Source: Promethearchaeota archaeon
GTDB lineage: Archaea > Asgardarchaeota > Thorarchaeia > Thorarchaeales > Thorarchaeaceae
Length of the DNA stretch: 64,000 bases
Direction of reading: 5' to 3'
Assembly: GCA_048939765.1 (NCBI GenBank)
Contig: JBHLPF010000007.1
Span: 28,511 to 92,510, forward strand
The position numbers and the translations under genes are program-made. This document shows positions 58,885-64,000 of this stretch, one piece after another. Numbering within the stretch: position 1 is the first letter of the stretch; each line of letters starts with the position of its first letter. The notes below the pieces were generated by a model. The model was given only the letters and a program-made list of their open reading frames with translations. It was not told the DNA's origin and did not search any database.

Positions 58885-59373
58885 GTGTGCCTGATGTATA
58901 GTAATTTCAGGTATCCGACAAGACGGCAGATTCAGGTATGGATTCGAAGAAGAAAGAAAGTTGCGCCATCGGAGATAGCAAAAGAGCTCAAAGTATCCAG
59001 ACCTTTTGTGAGCAAGGCACATAGAATCGCTAGGCGTCGTGTATCAAACCTTCTCAAAAACGCTGCGGCAATCAATCGTATCACACTGAGCAATTCAAAT
59101 CCAGACCATGGTTTTGCTTATGGATACTGCCCAGGCACTGGAACCAACTCATACATCACCTTCTCACCGAAATTTGGAGTGCATGTTTGGTTTGATCATG
59201 AAGGAGACTGCAGCACGTGTGATGAACAATCTGAGTGCTGGCGCATCCTCAAAGACCTAGCCGAAGACTGGCAGATTGAGGTCCCTGTGAACATGACTCC
59301 TACTGATGTTGCATCAATGCTCTTCAAGAAAATGATGGGGATATTGAGATGGAGTGGAGAAGAAGGAAGGTAA
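58885..59373 (+). CDS. HTH DNA-binding protein with C-terminal His/Cys-rich domain
   Basis: PSEIAKELKVSRPFVSKA HTH; WFDHEGDCSTCDEQSEC. Confidence 0.8.
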   Translation: MCLMYSNFRYPTRRQIQVWIRRRKKVAPSEIAKELKVSRPFVSKAHRIARRRVSNLLKNAAAINRITLSNSNPDHGFAYGYCPGTGTNSYITFSPKFGVHVWFDHEGDCSTCDEQSECWRILKDLAEDWQIEVPVNMTPTDVASMLFKKMMGILRWSGEEGR

Positions 59374-61334
59374 AGGACTCTGAACCTGAAACCGATGCCT
59401 GCCGCATTCCGAAGAAGCTGCCTGGTAAAGGAAAGGTTTCTTCAGCGGTTAGAGTCGATAAGCCGCCCACATATTACGGACCATCCGAATCGACTGTGAT
59501 TATAGGCATACTCATCGGTATGATGTTCCTTCTCTTGACCCCGATTTGGAATCTGACGTATATTATTCCAGCAAGTGTTTCCATCCATAACACAGGCGAC
59601 ATTCAAGGTCAGCCAGGGTTCGACCTCAAAACTGAGGACTGGGAGGGAAACCAGAACGTCGTCATCCTCAACTCAACACCTTTTCCCGGTTCTCCAGAGT
59701 GGAGTGCCTATGCCTACTATGCAACCAACGTAGTGGGAGAAAAGAAGGACGATGGCTATTATGTTGACTTCCAAGGACCCCCAGGCGTACAACACGTCTC
59801 TTTTGTTCGTAGACTGCATATAGCTATAGATGACTACTCCACATCGAATTTTGAGGCAAAGGTTTCTGTCCTCTCCGGTACGGTGAACGCGACCCTGCGT
59901 GTTGAATTCAGCGAATATCAATGGGGCAGCCTTGTCAGCAAGGAAGACATGGAATCAATCCGGAATGGTGCTGAAACCACTCTCACAGTAAACGCGCCAC
60001 TTCCTCTACTCAGAACGATATCTGAGCAGTGGATTGTGAAGGCAAATGTCTACATCACCTTGGACTCGTTCACAGGTGCCAGAGTTGTCATCAAAGGGTT
60101 CAATGCTAGAGTGACTGGAAATGTGCCGCTTCATCCACTTGTGGTTGACCTGCAGTCGACAGTGAACGAGAGTCTCTACGACACTCCCTTTACTCGTTTC
60201 CTACTCACCCCGCCTTATCTTCTAGTACGCCGCCAAGGCACTCTGGACAACGCAACAATTTGGCCTGAGAGAGCCAACGAAACCCTCTTTGTTGCTGAGG
60301 GAAACTACACCGTAGATGTCGGTTGGGCTTGCGATGGTTATTATCCGGACCCATTCGATGCGCAAAGAATGGAGTTTAGGATTGAATCGAACATGAAGAC
60401 TGTTCTTCAGGCCAGAATGAGAGCTGTTAGACTGGACCTCGTTGGATTCGAACTCATGTCGCTTGAGAGGTTCGAGATCTCGTACGGGTATTGGGAAGAC
60501 GAGCAGTATGATTTCTGGGCCTATTCTGAACCGCCAATAGTCCTGCCTGATTATGTATACATGGCCCCTCTGTCAGGACAGCTTACATTCAATGGAAAAA
60601 CCGTCGATACACTACAGAATGATCCCCTAACAGGTTATTATGGCGGGTCCTTTAATCTGGATGGAGAAATCACAACTGATGGGACCCATGACCTTGAATT
60701 AGTCAGCATATTCCCTGTCATCCCAGTTGGAATCACGTTCCTAGGATTAGGCCACTTTCTGACCATGGTCATAATGGGGCTTTTGATGTTTCTCTTGTAT
60801 AGGAAATACCGAGAAGTCAAGACGGTAGAAGATGCAAGATCGCTGGTGGAAAATCCTAGATTCATACCAGTGCTATTGTTTATAGCTGGTGGAATTACAC
60901 CATGGTATATGATCACAGAGCACCTGAGCGAGTCAATTTTGTTCAGTGCTACGATGTACTTCTTTGTGCCCATAAGTGCCATGGTGATAGTTGCGGCAGA
61001 TCTGAGCACAGTGCTAGCTTTTCCATTTGGATGGCGGTTTGTGTTGTTCCTCTCAGGGATACTCTACTGGTATCCTTTGACAAAGATCGTCACATCTATA
61101 ATAGCACCTCAGTCTAAAGATAAGCAACATACCTCGAGACAACTTGGAATGATCACTGCGCTTTGCATTATAACTCTCGTTCCATCCTTATTAGCTGGTA
61201 TCAAACCATCAATAGGAGTCGGGCTCGTCATCTTTGGGCTAGTGGCGTGGATCATTCGGGATATACTTCAAAGGGGAAACGAGGAGAACTCAATACAAGC
61301 GGGGGGGACTGCGGAGGGAGAAGAGGATGAGTAG
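59349..61334 (+). CDS. Large membrane protein: N-terminal TM, about 390-aa beta-rich ectodomain, multi-TM C-terminus
   Basis: Hydropathy judged by eye; several N-x-S/T sequons in the soluble part. Confidence 0.75.
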   Translation: MEWRRRKVKDSEPETDACRIPKKLPGKGKVSSAVRVDKPPTYYGPSESTVIIGILIGMMFLLLTPIWNLTYIIPASVSIHNTGDIQGQPGFDLKTEDWEGNQNVVILNSTPFPGSPEWSAYAYYATNVVGEKKDDGYYVDFQGPPGVQHVSFVRRLHIAIDDYSTSNFEAKVSVLSGTVNATLRVEFSEYQWGSLVSKEDMESIRNGAETTLTVNAPLPLLRTISEQWIVKANVYITLDSFTGARVVIKGFNARVTGNVPLHPLVVDLQSTVNESLYDTPFTRFLLTPPYLLVRRQGTLDNATIWPERANETLFVAEGNYTVDVGWACDGYYPDPFDAQRMEFRIESNMKTVLQARMRAVRLDLVGFELMSLERFEISYGYWEDEQYDFWAYSEPPIVLPDYVYMAPLSGQLTFNGKTVDTLQNDPLTGYYGGSFNLDGEITTDGTHDLELVSIFPVIPVGITFLGLGHFLTMVIMGLLMFLLYRKYREVKTVEDARSLVENPRFIPVLLFIAGGITPWYMITEHLSESILFSATMYFFVPISAMVIVAADLSTVLAFPFGWRFVLFLSGILYWYPLTKIVTSIIAPQSKDKQHTSRQLGMITALCIITLVPSLLAGIKPSIGVGLVIFGLVAWIIRDILQRGNEENSIQAGGTAEGEEDE

Positions 61335-63852
61335 AAAGGCAAAGAGTCTGTTTCTTGTCATCATGTTCATCACTTCCTTCATTCCAAATCTCCTAGCCTT
61401 CCATGTCAGCGCGGCTACGACTCGGAACACGCCTGCCGCACCATTACAGTACGACCAAACAGAAGACTGGGTCGCTGTATGGGACACGCTTGAGAATGAC
61501 ACTGGGTATGCCATTCATGTGGATCCCTTCGATAACATATACGTCGCTGGCTCAACAGCAAGCAATACCGTTGTTGTGAAGTATGATTCCAATGGACTCG
61601 AGCAGTGGAATACAACATGGGGTGGTAATGGTGTTGATACTCCCAGCGGAATATTGGCAGACGACCAAGGTGTGTATGTTGTTGGTTCAACAAGCAGCTT
61701 TGGTGCAGGAGAAAACGATGCGTATCTATTGAGATTGAGTTCTGATGGAGTTCTGGAGTGGAGCCGCTATTGGGGTGGGCCTGACGACGACGAGGGAAGG
61801 GGGATTGCACAGGGTGATGATGACCTTGTCTATATCTGTGGGATGACAGAGAGCGCCTTGTCATCTTCTCGCGACATGTTTGTGGCCTCCTTTGATAGAG
61901 AGGGGACCAAGACTTGGGATGCAACTTGGGGGGACGAGAGCAATGAGGAGGCCTTTGACATTGCAGTAGGCGGGAATGTGACCATCTACCTTGCAGGAAT
62001 GAGGTATGAGGAGAATCAGTCAGAGGCTAATGTAGCGTTTGTTGGCCTAGACTTGTCAGGAGAGGAGGTTTTTAGCAACGAATGGGGTGGGCCCGGCTTC
62101 GATGTTGGCTACGCTATCGATTTCACCCCACAAGGGAAGATTGTCCTAGCTGGTTATTCGGAGTCTAATCCGTTCATGTACCTGATGTATGAAACAAACG
62201 GTACACTATCGCAAACGCGTTTCCACGAAATCTATGATGAAGGCCCAGAGGAATATTGGGCATATGATATTGTAGTTTCCCAATACACCGATGCCCTGTA
62301 CATAGTTGGGACCACAGAGATAGGTAGTTTCATTCTGGGAACAGCCATCCGCTACTATGACTACTATGGCTACTTTATTGACGCGATTCCGTTTGAAGAG
62401 GATTGCCGCGGGGCCGCACTTGATTCTTCTGATAACCTGTACTGTGTAGGAACAAATGGACTAGGATTTTCCACTGACTTCATTGCTATCCAGGCATATG
62501 CTAGTCTTTTTGACAATGTAGAACAACCGCATGATCTCGAATGGGTATGGAGTTACAGTTCTGACGGGGTAATCACACCTCTTGATTATGCCAACTTCGA
62601 TGAGAATCCTGAGAGGGAGATTGCCTGCAGGTTGTATACAATAGAGTCCGAGTGGCTTGAAGTGGTTGGTAGAGGGAATAGGACGTGGGCTTTCGTTCCC
62701 GGAGGAGATGCCACAGACTTGTATGGCTTCCCAGCCAATCTAGATAGTGATGAACAGTCTGAGATGTTGGCATACTACAGTCATCTGGACAAAACCAACG
62801 AGTCCATTGTTGCACTAGACAGTGATGGGTCACTGTTATGGAGTTGGGAGGGCAATATGACGTCTAGTAGGCCGTATGCCTGTGATCTGAATGCCGACTC
62901 GATTGATGAGATAGCAGTTGGCGTTGATGGGGGCATACAGCTTTGGAATGCTAACTCTGTTGGACTGTGGGTGATTGAAGCTGAATCTAGTCAGCTGGCC
63001 AATATCCATTCGTTCGGTGACTACGACCTTGATGGCATAGATGACATGGTGACAAGTTTCACAAATATCACATCGCTTCAGAACAGTTCAGAATGCATTG
63101 TGTTCGATTTCGATGGGAATCGACTGGTCGAGTTCCCATTGCTCTCCATGGAGCTTGGACATGAACCAATCCATGAGGGGGTACCAATTGTTCTCGACAT
63201 AGGTCTGCTCAGTGCAGGCGTTGGGTTCCTGTACGGCACGTCATACAATGGAGAAAACACTTCTCTATTCCTTGTTGGATCATCGGGTCAGGATGTTATT
63301 TGGACCTCTCCCTGGAACCCCGCTAGCAACGGGAGCTGGTTTGAGGCAAACAAGACACAACTAGCGGACATAAATCAGGACGGCATTGATGAGGTGGTTC
63401 TTACCGGGGCTTATGGTGGCATCTGTCTGATGGATACGACAGGGCGCATTTTATGGTTGACCCAGGTTTCAGGCGGTTTCCTGACAAGACCCTTTGGTCC
63501 TCTAGAAGACTCTCTTGTCGACTTTGATGGGAATGGGCTTCCAGAACTCATGATTGGAGGTGGGGAGGTGTCCGCCATTGATCCAGACACCGGACGCCGC
63601 CTCTATCAGTCAGGCCCTTGGTACTTTGAGGGCGCGGATTTCGTTGTCAATCTAGATGATGACAGTAAGTACGAGCTCGTTGGCCACGATGTCTACGTGC
63701 TTGAAGTCTATCACTATTTGGGCATCTGGCAAGAACCCTACTACCCGCCAAACATAGACTTGCTCGTGTTAGTGATTGGGCTGGCCTTTGGCACCGTGTT
63801 TGTCGCCATAGCTGTTTGGTATTGGAAATCGGGAAAATCCGCGGCACAGTGA
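61327..63852 (+). CDS. Cell-surface protein with SBBP and FG-GAP-like beta-propeller repeats and a C-terminal TM anchor
   Basis: Signal peptide; repeats such as NIYVAGST, WNTTWGG, WSRYWGG; seven DxDxDG-like loops; terminal hydrophobic helix. Confidence 0.85.
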   Translation: MSRKAKSLFLVIMFITSFIPNLLAFHVSAATTRNTPAAPLQYDQTEDWVAVWDTLENDTGYAIHVDPFDNIYVAGSTASNTVVVKYDSNGLEQWNTTWGGNGVDTPSGILADDQGVYVVGSTSSFGAGENDAYLLRLSSDGVLEWSRYWGGPDDDEGRGIAQGDDDLVYICGMTESALSSSRDMFVASFDREGTKTWDATWGDESNEEAFDIAVGGNVTIYLAGMRYEENQSEANVAFVGLDLSGEEVFSNEWGGPGFDVGYAIDFTPQGKIVLAGYSESNPFMYLMYETNGTLSQTRFHEIYDEGPEEYWAYDIVVSQYTDALYIVGTTEIGSFILGTAIRYYDYYGYFIDAIPFEEDCRGAALDSSDNLYCVGTNGLGFSTDFIAIQAYASLFDNVEQPHDLEWVWSYSSDGVITPLDYANFDENPEREIACRLYTIESEWLEVVGRGNRTWAFVPGGDATDLYGFPANLDSDEQSEMLAYYSHLDKTNESIVALDSDGSLLWSWEGNMTSSRPYACDLNADSIDEIAVGVDGGIQLWNANSVGLWVIEAESSQLANIHSFGDYDLDGIDDMVTSFTNITSLQNSSECIVFDFDGNRLVEFPLLSMELGHEPIHEGVPIVLDIGLLSAGVGFLYGTSYNGENTSLFLVGSSGQDVIWTSPWNPASNGSWFEANKTQLADINQDGIDEVVLTGAYGGICLMDTTGRILWLTQVSGGFLTRPFGPLEDSLVDFDGNGLPELMIGGGEVSAIDPDTGRRLYQSGPWYFEGADFVVNLDDDSKYELVGHDVYVLEVYHYLGIWQEPYYPPNIDLLVLVIGLAFGTVFVAIAVWYWKSGKSAAQ

Positions 63853-63923
63853 CGTGCATCTCACTTCGCGAGAAGGGATATCGAGTCAATCCTGAGTTCT
63901 ATGAAGAGGATTGCTAGAAGAAA

Positions 63924-64000
63924 TGGTAGCGGGTGGAAGATTTGAACTTCCGATCTCAGGGTTATGAGCCCTGCGGGATTGGCCTTTGAAGCAACCCGGA
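63924..64000 (-). tRNA. Initiator tRNA-Met(CAU), 5' end outside the window, apparent D-loop intron
   Basis: CAGGG-CT-CAT-AA-CCCTG (three G-C pairs), GTTCAAATC, CCCGCT-A-CCA implying an A1-U72 pair. Confidence 0.88.

Noticed and set aside
1-64000. CRISPR arrays, transposases or integrases
   Set aside because: No regularly spaced repeat-spacer array or recombinase/transposase ORF was seen

Overview
Archaeal chromosomal segment, very probably an Asgard archaeon (Thorarchaeia-like). Evidence: TACK/Asgard informational genes (TFE-beta, eS30, SmAP3-type Lsm, Urm1-like modifier), a longin-like/Arf-like small GTPase fusion, H4MPT C1 genes (ftr, fwdC, mch) and cdrS-ftsZ. Most of the window is core housekeeping: translation, RNA modification, pyrimidine synthesis, a stand-alone 5S rRNA, and five tRNA genes with encoded CCA. 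Four of the tRNAs carry introns, two at non-canonical sites (Ser T-loop; iMet D-loop, inferred). Most unusual observations: (1) tRNA-Ser(UGA) is followed by two decaying copies of its own 3' end, each closing a single-gene cassette, and the best copy has the intron-less sequence. (2) An accessory module between rps27ae and tRNA-iMet holds a tiny ORF of three 12-aa proline-rich repeats, a perfect 26-bp palindromic operator, an HTH/Cys regulator, a large ectodomain membrane protein and an SBBP + FG-GAP double-propeller surface protein. (3) A HypD-like glycyl radical enzyme has Thr in place of the catalytic Glu and sits next to rpl3 with no activase. (4) An ATCATC-rich, potentially switch-like non-coding region lies upstream of dnaG. 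All family assignments come from motif recognition; no database searches were run.
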